DNA from: Ranitomeya imitator
Taxonomy: Eukaryota
Assembly (NCBI RefSeq): GCF_032444005.1
Contig: NC_091283.1
Location: 23,870,001-23,934,000 of the forward strand
Length of the DNA stretch: 64,000 nt
Reading direction: 5' to 3'
Position 1 is the first letter of the stretch. Each line of letters opens with the position of its first letter. The notes under the pieces were generated by a model that worked only from the letters and a program-made list of their open reading frames with translations, was not told the origin of the DNA and ran no database searches. Both the position numbers and the translations under genes were made by a program. Positions 25,765 to 37,207 of this stretch are shown here, piece by piece.

Positions 25765-28145
25765 GGTCACCCAGGTGTTATAGGGAGGAGCGTGATGTCA
25801 CCGTCCTCCAGGTGTTATAGGGAGGAGCGTGATGTCACCGTCCTCCAGGTGTTATAGGGAGGAGCGTGATTTTACCGTCCTCCAGGTGTTACAGGGAGGA
25901 GCGTGATGTCACCGTCCTCCAGGTGTTATAGGGAGGAGCGTGATTTTACCGTCCTCCAGGTGTTATACAGAGGAGCGTGATGTCACCGTCCTCCAGGTGT
26001 TATAGGGAGGAGCGTGATTTTACCGTCCTCCAGGTGTTATACAGAGGAGTGTGATGTCACCGTCCTCCAGGTGTTACAGGGAGGAGCGTGATGTCACCGT
26101 CCTCCAGGTGTTATAGGGAGGAGCGTGATGTCACCGTCCTCCAGGTGTTACAGGGAGGAGCGTGATGTCACCGTCCTCCAGGTGTTATACAGGAGTGTGA
26201 TGTAACCGTCCTCCAGGTGTTATACAGGAGTGTGATGTAACCGTCCTCCAGGTGTTATAGGGAGGAGCGTGATTTTACCGTCCTCCAGGTGTTATACAGA
26301 GGAATGTGATATCACCGTCCTCCAGGTATTATACAGAGGAGCGTGATGTCACCGTCCTCCAGGTGTTATAGGGAGGAGCGTGATGTCACCGTCCTCCAGG
26401 TGTTATACAGGAGTGTGATGTCACCGTTCTCCAGGTGTTATACAGGAGTGTGATGTCACCGTCCTCCAGGTGTTATACAGGAGTGTGATGTCACTCTCCT
26501 CCAGGTGTTACAGGGAGGAGCGTGATGTCACCGTCCTCCAGGTGTTATACGGAGGAGCGTGATGTCACCGTCCTCCAGGTGTTATACGGAGGAGCGTGAT
26601 GTCACCGTCCTCCAGGTGTTATAGGGAGGAGCGTGATGTCACCGTCCTCCAGGTGTTATACAGGAGTGTGATGTCACTGTCCTCCAGGTGTTACAGGGAG
26701 GAGCGTGATGTCACCGTCCTCCAGGTGTTATACAGGAGTGTGATGTCACTGTCCTCCAGGTGTTACAGGGAGGAGCGTGATGTCACCGTCCTCCAGGTGT
26801 TATACAGGAGTGTGATGTCACTGTCCTCCAGGTGTTACAGGGATGAGCGTGATGTCACCGTCCTCCAGGTGTTACAGGGAGGAGCGTGATGTCACCGTCC
26901 TCCAGGTGTTATACAGGAGTGTGATGTCACCGTCCTCCAGGTGTTATACAGGAGTGTGATGTAACCGTCCTCCAGGTGTTATAGGGAGGAGCGTGATGTC
27001 ACCGTCCTCCAGGTGTTATACAGGAGTGTGATGTCACTGTCCTCCAGGTGTTACAGGGAGGAGCGTGATGTCACCGTCCTCCAGGTGTTATACAGGAGTG
27101 TGATGTCACTGTCCTCCAGGTGTTACAGGGATGAGCGTGATGTCACCGTCCTCCAGGTGTTACAGGGAGGAGCGTGATGTCACCGTCCTCCAGGTGTTAT
27201 ACAGGAGTGTGATGTCACCGTCCTCCAGGTGTTATAGGGAGGAGCGTGATTTTACCGTCCTCCAGGTGTTATACAGAGGAATGTGATATCACCGTCCTCC
27301 AGGTGTTATAGGGAGGAGCGTGATGTCACCGTCCTCCAGGTGTTATACAGGAGTGTGATGTCACCGTCCTCCAGGTGTTATACAGGAGTGTGATGTCACC
27401 GTCCTCCAGGTGTTATACAGGAGTGTGATGTCACCGTCCTCCAAGTGTTATACAGGAGTGTGATGTCACTGTCCTCCAGGTGTTACAGGGAGGAGCGTGA
27501 TGTCACCGTCCTCCAGGTGTTATACGGAGGAGCGTGATGTCACCGTCCTCCAGGTGTTATACGGAGGAGCGTGATGTCACCGTCCTCCAGGTGTTATACG
27601 GAGGAGCGTGATGTCACCGTCCTCCAGGTGTTATACAGGAGTGTGATGTCACTGTCCTCCAGGTGTTACAGGGAGGAGCGTGATGTCACCGTCCTCCAGG
27701 TGTTACAGGGAGGAGCGTGATGTCACCGTCCTCCAGGTGTTATACAGGAGTGTGATGTCACCGTCCTCCAGGTGTTATACAGGAGTGTGATGTAACCGTC
27801 CTCCAGGTGTTATAGGGAGGAGCGTGATTTTACCGTCCTCCAGGTGTTATACAGAGGAATGTGATATCACCGTCCTCCAGGTGTTATAGAGAGGAGAGTG
27901 ATGTCACCGTCCTCCAGGTGTTATAGGGAGGAGCGTGATGTCACCATCCTCCAGGTGTTATAGGGAGGAGCGTGATGTCACCGTCCTCCAGGTGTTATAC
28001 AGAGGAGCGTGATGTCACCATCCTCCAGGTGTTATACAGAGGAGCGTGATGTCACCATCCTCCAGGTGTTATAGAGGGTGATGTCACCGTCCTCCAGGTG
28101 TTATAGGGAGGAGCGTGATGTCACCGTCCTCCAGGTGTTATAGAG
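25765..28145. repeat. 37/35-bp minisatellite (gatgtcaccgtcctccaggtgttatagggaggagcgt)
   Basis: Visible tandem units. Confidence 0.95.
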
Positions 28146-28577
28146 GGATGTAGGTGGTACAGACAGTGGTGTGATGTCATAGGCATCCAAGTGTTATAAA
28201 TAATACCCCCATATTTAAAATAGATAAGATATATATATCACCCCCAGGTACAATATATACCCATATAGAATACCCCTGGATACAGAGAATGCCAATATAC
28301 AATAGCCCCAGGTACAGTACACACCTGTGTATAATACCCCCAGTACAATATACGTCCATATATATGATAGACCCCCGTACAGTATACACATATATGTATG
28401 CTATACCCAGGGTATTATATATGGGAGCATACTGTACCCAGGGATAGATATATATACACACTGTACCAAGGGGACGGATGATAGAGAATACATATATATA
28501 TCCCCCTGGGTACAGTATACATATATTAACCTGGGTATAGTATACACCCATATATGATACACCCCCGGATACAGTGT

Positions 28578-28579
<2 letters not shown>

Positions 28580-28643
<64 letters not shown>
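28580..28643. repeat. (AT)n(AC)n microsatellite
   Basis: Direct reading. Confidence 0.95.
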
Positions 28644-28779
28644 CCGGGTACTGTATACACCCATATATAATACCACCGGTACAGTATACGCTTTATACAT
28701 TACCCCCCGGGCCTGTATACACCCGCACATGACAGTATATACACCGACACATGGCGCAGACAGGCCGGACCCCTCTCAC

Positions 28780-28784
28780 CTCAT
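28780..28784 (-). CDS. vasp: VASP exon 1 coding part (ATGAG|gtgag)
   Basis: gcagcATGAG|gtgaga. A 5-nt coding first exon is typical of Ena/VASP genes; it joins exon 2 as Met-Ser-Glu-Thr and sits in a GC-rich region. Confidence 0.85.
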
Positions 28785-29200
28785 GCTGCTGGCGCCTCCT
28801 CCTGGCAGGAATGTGCCCTCTCACCTGTGCGGCCCCCACCCTAACTCTCCTCGGCCCCTCAGCTATCTGGGCATAGCAGGCAGTGGCCCCTGCAGCAGCC
28901 GCCTCCTCCTCCTCCCGGGGCCCCGGGCTCTGTGTCCTCAGCCGCTCCCTAGCAGATCTATAGAGGCATCGGTCACTCCAGCTCCCTCTGCTCCCGTCTC
29001 TTTCTTTCTTTCCTCTCTGTTACCAGCTATCACTTCCTCTCTTTCGGGATCTGCCTTCTCTTAAAGCGGCCACAAGCCACAGCCCCACCACTTAAAGCAG
29101 CAACGCCACCTGCACCTTCCCCCACAGCCGGAGCTGCAGCCCCCGGGGGTTCGTGCAGTATGGCGGGAGGGCGCTCACACCTGGCAGGTGACTGCACGAC
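28785..29200 (-). promoter_or_regulatory. GC/CpG-rich 5' UTR and promoter region of VASP
   Basis: Locally CpG-rich unique sequence directly upstream of the VASP ATG. Boundaries approximate. Confidence 0.5.
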
Positions 29201-29625
29201 ACACCACCATCTACTCTACAGAAAGTCCAAATCCACACGGAAAATATTTATAACTACTTTTCAGGCCGACACCGACCAATCACAGCGCAGATTTCATTAA
29301 TCTTCCCAAAGATTCTGCACAGCAGCCGGATCCCAAAATACGAGGGACACACAGGTTTGTGCAGGTCTAAAGGGGCTAAAATCCAAATAAAGCCCTGGGG
29401 AGACACAGGCCTGAGACTCTACAGTGACCCCTGGCGGTTGGTTGGGTGAACTGCACTTACAGATGACAGCTGACACTCTAGAGTGGAACAGACCCTGCAG
29501 AGGGCAGGAGAGGCGCCATCTTCTGAAACCAATTGGTCACACTCAGAAATACAGACCCACAACCTGCTCATCACATATCACAAAAATTCTTTAATAAAGT
29601 TAAAAGGGAAAAAAAAAAAAAAGTG

Positions 29626-29943
29626 TCATTCTGGTATGAGGCGGATGAGCTGAGCTTCCCCTGGCGCCAGCTGCACGCGGTCCTGGAGCAGCTGACCTCG
29701 GTTATGCTCCGGTTTGGTAGTCAACAATAATCGAACAGAGTTTGAGAAATAAGGAAAATGCAGAGACACATTGTGCGATCGATCAGAAGGACCAATAAGG
29801 ACTAAAAGCGTGGAACAGGCCCAGGAGGATAAAGCGCTGTACGAGGAGCCATTAGATAAACGCTGCAACCAACCGGAGTGGAGCGCGGGGTTCTGGGATC
29901 GCAGGTGGAGAAGAGAACGGAGCCAGGAGGGCGGCGGGAGGGA
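29626..29943 (-). CDS. SLC3A2/4F2hc-like gene, exon 8 (last; C-terminal beta-sandwich domain)
   Basis: ttgtctccacag|TCC, phase 0. SLLHLRSQNPALHSG...LLVL...VRLLLTTKPE...RVQLAPGEAQLIRL* aligns by eye with human 4F2hc LSDQRSKERSLLHG...FLVVL...LLLSTQPG...RLKLEPHEGLLLRF. ATTAAA at 29595-29590. Confidence 0.85.
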   Translation of the reverse strand, partial: SLPPPSWLRSLLHLRSQNPALHSGWLQRLSNGSSYSALSSWACSTLLVLIGPSDRSHNVSLHFPYFSNSVRLLLTTKPEHNRGQLLQDRVQLAPGEAQLIRLIPE

Positions 29944-30029
29944 CTGTGGAGACAACGCAGAAAAAGACGTCAACCGGGGACACGCAGATTATCAGAAAGA
30001 CATTACTATGTAAAAACACCTAATACGTA

Positions 30030-30725
30030 TATATTATAATACTGCCCCCTATGTACAAGAATATAACTACTATAATACTGCCCCTATGTACAAGAATATA
30101 ACTACTATAATACTGCCCCTATGTACAAGAATATAACTACTATAATACTGCCCCTATGTACAAGAATATAACTACTATAATACTGCCCCTATGTACAAGA
30201 ATATAACTACTATAATACTGCCCCTATGTACAAGAATATAACTACTATAATACTGCTCCTATGTACAAGAATATAACTACTATAATACTGCTCCTATGTA
30301 CAAGAATATAACTACTATAATACTGCTCCTATGTACAAGAATATAACTACTATAATACTGCTCCTATGTACAAGAATATAACTACTATAATACTGCCCCC
30401 TATGTACAAGAATATAACTACTATAATACTGCTCCTATGTACAAGAATATAACTACTATAATACTGCTCCTATGTACAAGAATATAACTACTATAATACT
30501 GCCCCTATGTACAAGAATATAACTACTATAATATTGCTCCTATGTACAAGAATATAACTACTATAATACTGCTCCTATGTACAAGAATATAACTACTATA
30601 ATACTGCCCCTATGTACAAGAATATAACTACTATAATACTGCTCCCTATGTACAAGAATATAACTACTATAATACTGCTCCTATGTACAAGAATATAACT
30701 ACTATAATACTGCCCCCTATGTACA
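30030..30725. repeat. 35-bp satellite (tataatactgcccctatgtacaagaatataactac)
   Basis: Visible tandem units, period 35. Confidence 0.95.
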
Positions 30726-31005
30726 GTAAAAGAACCTACTCAAAAGTGAATATATAGAATCCAATATTAGATATATTTAATAATATTATTTTAAAGTAAT
30801 TATTAAACAAGGAGAAGCTGACAGCAAACATCACAGTAAATATAGTACAAAAAGTGGATACATCATAAGGGGCACAGATCCCATAGTATATACAAATATA
30901 ACTAGCTAAATGAATAACCTCCCAAAAATATCCATATATATAAGTACCAGTATAGATGTGATCAGTGACTCCAGCTCCAACGTACGTTTCGCCACTGCGG
31001 CTTTT

Positions 31006-31052
31006 ACAGAGTCCTTGAAAAAGCCGCAGTGGTGAAACGTACGTTGGAGCTG
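31006..31052 (+). ncRNA. Minimal type I hammerhead ribozyme variant, copy 1
   Basis: tcc-UUGAAAA-A-GCC(gcagu)GGU-GAAAC-guac-GUU-gga: core with U3:A8 covariation, stem II, palindromic stem III. Confidence 0.5.
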
Positions 31053-31176
31053 GAGTCACGGATCACATCTATACTGGTACTTATATATATGGATATTTTT
31101 GGGAGGTTATTCAAGTACCAGTATAGATGTGATCCGTGACTCCAGCTCCAACGTACGTTTCGCCACTGCGGCTTTT

Positions 31177-31223
31177 ACAGAGTCCTTGAAAAAGCCACAG
31201 TGGCGAAACGTACGTTGGAGCTG
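31177..31223 (+). ncRNA. Minimal type I hammerhead ribozyme variant, copy 2
   Basis: tcc-UUGAAAA-A-GCC(acagu)GGC-GAAAC-guac-GUU-gga; stem II fully Watson-Crick paired. Confidence 0.55.
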
Positions 31224-32938
31224 GAGTCCCTGGGAGTCACGGATCACTTCTATACTGGTCATTTAGCTAGTTATATTCGTATACACTATGGGATTTGTGC
31301 CCCTTATGATGTATCCACTTTATGTACTATGATCAAATCAGAAAAAGTACCTGCCTAGTCAAGTGGCAATGCTCCAAATAGGTATAATCATCATCCAAAA
31401 GAGCAAATATGAAGCAACATAGCCATAAAATAAGTCAAATTTTATTAGAACACATATCAATACATAAGACAAAAAAGTTTATAAAAACTGGGGCAGAAAA
31501 TATGCAAAAAGAAAAACCACCGTAAGGAAAAATATAATGCAAATACTAAATGTATCGAGGTAATCAATGAAAAAAATATATATATAATGACTTCAATATG
31601 TTAAACTGTACGCACCAGACAAATGTCAGACATGGCAATAGCCTATGCCGTGCAAAAGTGAAAACAGAAGAAAGACCGGCATGCTACATAGTCCCATCAG
31701 ACAGTGTTCACATGTAATACAAAAAATGCAGTAAATCCCTACGGCAAACCAAAATTGGTTAAATAGTACACTGCAGACAGAATATCTAAATATATAATAA
31801 GAAAAAAGTTCTTAAGTAAAATGGAGCCATCCTCAAAAAATATCAAAAAATGTTTATTAACTGTAAGAACTTAGTATGCGCAGCAAATGAACATAGCGAT
31901 AAACCTATGCCTATAATGCAACCAGATGGCTAAACCAGTGTATGCAACTAAGCAGAGAATTTGGAGGGATGATGGGATAAAGCAGCAACCCCTGCTACCA
32001 CCGCTAGGTAATTACTATGGCTGCTTATTTCCCATCGGTTGCACTGCTGCACGTTTAGCCTATGTGACTCTAAACTTAGACGGGTCTTTATCCCATCATC
32101 CCTCCAAATTCTCTGCTTAGTTGCATACACTGGTTTAGCCATCTGGTTGCATTATAGGCATAGGTTTATCGCTATGTTCATTTGCTGCGCATACTAAGTT
32201 CTTACAGTTAATAAACATTTTTTGATATTTTTTGAGGATGGCTCCATTTTACTTAAGAACTTTTTTCTTATTATATATTTAGATATTCTGTCTGCAGTGT
32301 ACTATTTAACCAATTTTGGTTTGCCGTAGGGATTTACTGCATTTTTTGTATTACATGTGAACACTGTCTGATGGGACTATGTAGCATGCCGGTCTTTCTT
32401 CTGTTTTCACTTTTGCACGGCATAGGCTATTGCCATGTCTGACATTTGTCTGGTGCGTACAGTTTAACATATTGAAGTCATTATATATATATTTTTTTCA
32501 TTGATTACCTCGATACATTTAGTATTTGCATTATATTTTTCCTTACGGTGGTTTTTCTTTTTGCATATTTTCTGCCCCAGTTTTTATAAACTTTTTTGTC
32601 TTATGTATTGATATGTGTTCTAATAAAATTTGACTTATTTTATGGCTATGTTGCTTCATATTTGCTCTTTTGGATGATGATTATGTACTATGATGTTTGC
32701 GGTCAGCTTCTCCTTGTTTAATAATTCTATTTAATAACATTCTGATACTTGGATTCTATATATATTCACTTTTGAGCAGGCTCTTAGATTTTTTTATAGT
32801 GAATATTACTTATTTAGGCGAGTTCCTCACTGAGTGGTTTGTTTGCCCCATGTACAGTGTTGTTCCCACTATGATATCTTTTTCAGCCATGTGATAATGT
32901 CTCGGTACTTCTGATGTGGTGACCCCGGGGTGACACAC

Positions 32939-33025
32939 CTGGCTCAGGGACAGGATGACGGTTCCGGGGAGGGTTACAGCCAGGAATTGTCTCAACTCCA
33001 GAGACTCAATGTCATCGGGCGTCAC
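32939..33025 (-). CDS. SLC3A2-like exon 7: VTPDDIESLELRQFLAVTLPGTVILSLSQ
   Basis: ttttctgcag|GTG ... CAG|gtgtgt, phase 0 to 0. TLPGT motif is conserved in GH13 enzymes and SLC3 proteins (human LFTLPGTPVFS). Confidence 0.85.
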
Positions 33026-33085
33026 CTGCAGAAAATAAGCGGTTACTTTATGACGTGCCCTTCCCCTCCCCCGGTCCCCACTCAC

Positions 33086-33227
33086 CTCCCAGGCCATATC
33101 CTTCATGGCTGACCCCATAGCGAACGGTTGCAGGTTCCAGTCAGGTAGAGGACAGGTGCGCAGAAGTTGGGACTTATTTTTGGGTGCGTCCTCATCGTCA
33201 CACAGCCAATTAGGAAGCAGGATCAGC
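33086..33227 (-). CDS. SLC3A2-like exon 6: (R)LILLPNWLCDD...MKDMAWE
   Basis: ataattag|G ... GAG|gtgagt, phase 2 to 0. Same position and phase as the recalled human R|LLIAG...CSWS| exon. Confidence 0.72.
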
Positions 33228-33296
33228 CTAATTATAGAGTTTTGTTAGAGCGTTTTCTTTTGTGTGGACACGTCACTGCGATTACTCGGTTGTCAC

Positions 33297-33346
33297 CTTT
33301 CCTCCTCGCTGGCGATTTCTACTTCTTTCAGGAGGATCTGAGAGAT
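33297..33346 (-). CDS. SLC3A2-like exon 5: ISQILLKEVEIASEEE(R)
   Basis: ttttggcag|ATC ... AAG|gtgac, phase 0 to 2. SEEER|LIL parallels human SEDR|LLI. Confidence 0.75.
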
Positions 33347-33529
33347 CTGCCAAAATCAAGACATATCGTAGTCACCGACTATAGTGCAAGTGTCCACATG
33401 TGACATCAGATCAGAAGGAGTCACAGCCCCACCCCCTGGTGATGACATCAGAAATGAGACCACACCCCTTATACTACACCCCGCCCCCATCTATCACTGC
33501 TGACAACCTGCCTGTATATTATGTGTGAG

Positions 33530-33920
33530 GTTGTCACATAGCCCCGCCCCCTGGTGATGACATCACTGATCTAATGACGTCATCAGGCATGAGACCACAC
33601 CCCTTATACTCCAGCACTGGCCTATCATCTACCAGGCTGTATACTGTGTGAGGTTGTCAGCCCCACCCCCTGGTGATGACATCACTGATCTAATGACGTC
33701 ATCAGGCATGAGACCACACCCCTTATACTCCAGCACTGGCCTATCATCTACCAGGCTGTATACTGTGTGAGGTTGTCAGCCCCACCCCCTGGTGATGACA
33801 TCACTGATCTAATGACGTCATCAGGCATGAGACCACACCCCTTATACTCCAGCACTGGCCTATCATCTACCAGGCTGTATACTGTGTGAGGTTGTCAGCC
33901 CCGTCCCCTGGTGATGACAT
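33530..33920. repeat. 119-bp tandem repeat (~3.3 copies) containing TGACGTCA
   Basis: Period 119. CRE palindromes at 33575, 33694 and 33813. Confidence 0.9.
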
Positions 33921-34275
33921 CACAGTTGTCAGCCCCGCCCCTGAGGTACTAGTGCTCACAGTCCCTCATTTCCCCTCTCACCATCATTACAGTGGTTTTC
34001 TTGTCACCTAAAAGCTGGAACCCAGATGCTCCATCTTCCATCCAGCTCCGGGCAGAGTCCTGCACAAGAGGGGTTCAAGTTACTAAGAATGAGGGTCCCC
34101 AGCGCTGGGGTGTGGAGGCGGCCGGTGACAGGTGTGGCTGATGACAGACATTTTATAGTAGCTGCTGGGGGTAGTAGTAATATCTACAGTTCTCACTCTA
34201 CAGTAGAAAAGCCCGCAGTCCGGGCACAGAACCTTCATCCCTGTGCCACACATTCACAGTTTCTCCGATACTCAC

Positions 34276-34329
34276 CTCATGCTCTCCCATCTGTAGGAAA
34301 GACTGATCATTACTGACACACGAGGGATC
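34276..34329 (-). CDS. SLC3A2-like exon 4: DPSCVSNDQSFLQMGEHE (a NAGNAG acceptor could add Q)
   Basis: ttccttcagcag|GAT ... GAG|gtgagt, phase 0 to 0. The donor is strong; the acceptor choice is inferred. Confidence 0.55.
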
Positions 34330-35336
34330 CTGCTGAAGGAACGAGCGGGGTTCTTTACCGCAACAGCAGAAAGGCCACGATGGTTCATTCATGTGAATGC
34401 GTAAAATAGAAGAGCGCCCCCTACCGGAGGATTGAAGGGCCATACATCCACAGTTTATCCATGATGACCCATCCTCTCCTCTCCTGCAGGGTCCTCTCCT
34501 CTCCAAACAGCTTGTCTGCTCTTACAGTAAAGACAACTGTCCATTTCTGGAAACAGAACCTTCATCCTTCCAACAGGAGGAGGCGCTCGCATCGTCTGAG
34601 AAGACAGAGTATCACAATAAATACAGGACGGGTCATTTCTATAGTGGCTCAGATTTATCTTCTCCTCAGACGCCTCTTCTTAACGCTAAACCCAAGTAAT
34701 TCCCCCGATTATCTCTAACCGTCTCCGGCCACCCGTCAGTTTGGATATTCTTTGCGCCATCTCCAGATGAAGAGACGCTCAGTTATAAAGTGCTGACAAT
34801 ACGGTGCCACGTGTGCGTTTTATAGGGGTGTCCGGGTTTCCTGTCTGAATGGAGCAGAGAACAGCTGCAGATATCTGGACCTGAGCCCCTAATAAGAGTG
34901 GCCGCCTTTAGAAGCAGCTGCCTGACGCTGAGCTCCCTGGACAGCGGAGCCGCACACTGCAGAGCTTTTGGCCAAGTTTCCACAATGAGTTTTTGACGCT
35001 GCAGATTTTCTGCACCAATTACAGAAATTAGGTTCATGAGGTTTTTAAATTACATTTTTTTTCAGCTGCACTTATTTGATCCCTGTGGTCAGGTGGTAAA
35101 TCAACTGCTTTGTGCTGAAACGTCCCCGCTAATTAGTAGTGATAAAACATTATTGATAAAGTCATGTGCAGATAAGTGGTGTTTTTTTTTTGTTTTTTTA
35201 AGCCATCTCCTAAAAGTTGATTTAGAAAATCCACAAAAGGAAGACAAGAAAAAGAAACAAGTGTGAACAGAGTCTTACATTCTCTCCCCACAATCTCATG
35301 TATAAACCTCTCCCATAGACTGTAGGACATCATCAC

Positions 35337-35404
35337 CTTCAGCCTCTGGACTTGATGGCCGTCATACTCCTCCAGTATCTGGACCTCCAGGATGATGCGG
35401 AGAC
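35337..35404 (-). CDS. SLC3A2-like exon 3: (G)LRIILEVQILEEYDGHQVQRLK
   Basis: catgttcccag|GT, phase 1. GLRIILEV parallels human SIRVILDL. Donor AAG|gtgatg chosen because it restores phase 0, as in the recalled human TKVK| boundary. Confidence 0.68.
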
Positions 35405-35464
35405 CTGGGAACATGAAGACCACAGAGGTGATCAAGACTCTGGGCCTCGTCACTCAGCGCAGCC

Positions 35465-36905
35465 GTATAGACCTCCACGCCAGACACAGAATGCCACACC
35501 AGACAGACCTCCACGCCAGACACAGAATGCCACACCAGACAGACCTCCACGCCAGATATAGAATGCCACGCCGTACACAGACCATGCCGCACAGAATGCC
35601 ACACCAGACAGACCTCCACGCCATACACAGACCACCACGCCAGACACAGAATGCCACGCCATACACAGACCACCACGCCAGACACAGAACACCACGCCGC
35701 ACAGAATGCCACACCAGACAGACCACCACGCCATACACAGAATGCCACACCAGACAGACCACCACGCCATACACAGAATGTCACACCAGACAGACCACCA
35801 CGCCATACACAGAATGCCACACCAGACAGACCACCACGCCATACACAGAATGCCACACCAGACAGACCACCACGCCATACACAGAATGTCACACCAGACA
35901 GACCTCCACGCCATACACAGAATGCCACACCAGACAGACCACCACGCCATACACAGAATGCCACACCAGACAGACCACCACGCCATACACAGAATGCCAC
36001 ACCAGACAGACCACCACGCCATACACAGAATGTCACACCAGACAGACCACCACGCCATACACAGAATGCCACACCAGACAGACCACCACGCCATACACAG
36101 AATGCCACACCAGACAGACCACCACGCCATACACAGAATGCCACACCAGACAGACCTCCACGCCATACACAGAATGCCACACCAGACAGACCACCACGCC
36201 ATACACAGAATGCCACACCAGACAGACCACCACGCCATACACAGAATGTCACACCAGACAGACCTCCACGCCATACACAGAATGCCACACCAGACAGACC
36301 ACCACGCCATACACAGAATGCCACACCAGACAGACCACCACGCCATACACAGAATGCCACACCAGACAGACCACCACGCCATACACAGAATGTCACACCA
36401 GACAGACCACCACGCCATACACAGAATGCCACACCAGACAGACCACCACGCCATACACAGAATGTCACACCAGACAGACCACCACGCCATACACAGAATG
36501 CCACACCAGACAGACCTCCACGCCATACACAGAATGCCACACCAGACAGACCACCACGCCATACACAGAATGCCACACCAGACAGACCACCACGCCATAC
36601 ACAGAATGCCACACCAGACAGACCACCACGCCATACACAGAATGTCACACCAGACAGACCTCCACACCGTACACAGACCACCACGCCATACACAGAATGT
36701 CACACCAGACAGACCTCCACACCGTACACAGACCACCACGCCATACACAGAATGTCACACCAGACAGACCTCCACACCGTACACAGACCACCACGCCATA
36801 CACAGAATGTCACACCAGACAGACCTCCACACCGTACACAGACCACCACGCCATACACAGAATGTCACACCAGACAGACCGCCACGCCATACACAGACCG
36901 CCACA
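35465..36905. repeat. 36-bp minisatellite (cacaccagacagaccaccacgccatacacagaatgc)
   Basis: Visible tandem units; fills intron 2 of the SLC3-like gene. Confidence 0.95.
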
Positions 36906-36914
36906 TGCACTTAC

Positions 36915-37031
36915 CGTATCTTTGCCCCTCGGTCACCTGACCTCTCACACTCCCGTTAGTCACCTCCTCATGGGCGACAATGAGACCCCCACACCCCAGA
37001 GATGACGCCTCTCGTATTCTGTGCGACACAT
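36915..37031 (-). CDS. SLC3A2-like exon 2: (D)VSHRIREASSLGCGGLIVAHEEVTNGSVRGQVTEGQRY
   Basis: gtcttacag|AT ... ACG|gtaagt, phase 1 to 1. RIREASSLGCGGLIV parallels human RLDYLSSLKVKGLVL. Confidence 0.82.
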
Positions 37032-37207
37032 CTGTAAGACATGGGGGGCAAGAGATGGGTAGAGGGGACAGGTCAGCCTGCAGCCACATAAGGCACGTTC
37101 TCCACATGCTGGGAGTTGTAGTTTCACGTCATCCAGAGAGCATCACCAACCCAAGATCCCTGCCCCCTCCGTCACACACGGCAGTGGGGGTCCCACATAT
37201 AACTCAC

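Larger units (their letters stand above)
30739..32776. mobile_element. Nested palindromic structure, probably derived from a Penelope-like element
   Basis: Outer inverted arms; two internal hairpins with hammerhead-like motifs; inner 599-bp inverted repeat (31384-31982 / 32086-32684). No intact RT or endonuclease ORF. Confidence 0.6.

Noticed and set aside
19620-28145. Regular 22-37 bp repeats that could be mistaken for CRISPR arrays
   Set aside because: Units are head-to-tail with no unique spacers, there are no cas genes, and the context is vertebrate introns.
30975-31010. Minus-strand hammerhead-like copies (CUGUAAAAG...GAAAC) in the hairpin left arms
   Set aside because: The core lacks the essential A6 and the 3:8 pair; treated as degenerate fold-back copies.
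35279-35336. Alternative longer exon 3 of the SLC3-like gene ending at the stronger donor GAAT|gtaaga (35279), with candidate exons near 34595-34526 and 34780-34720
   Set aside because: It needs an extra exon chain with a 42-nt intron or weaker homology. The shorter exon 3 matches the recalled SLC3A2 phase pattern. Not excluded as an alternative isoform without RNA data.
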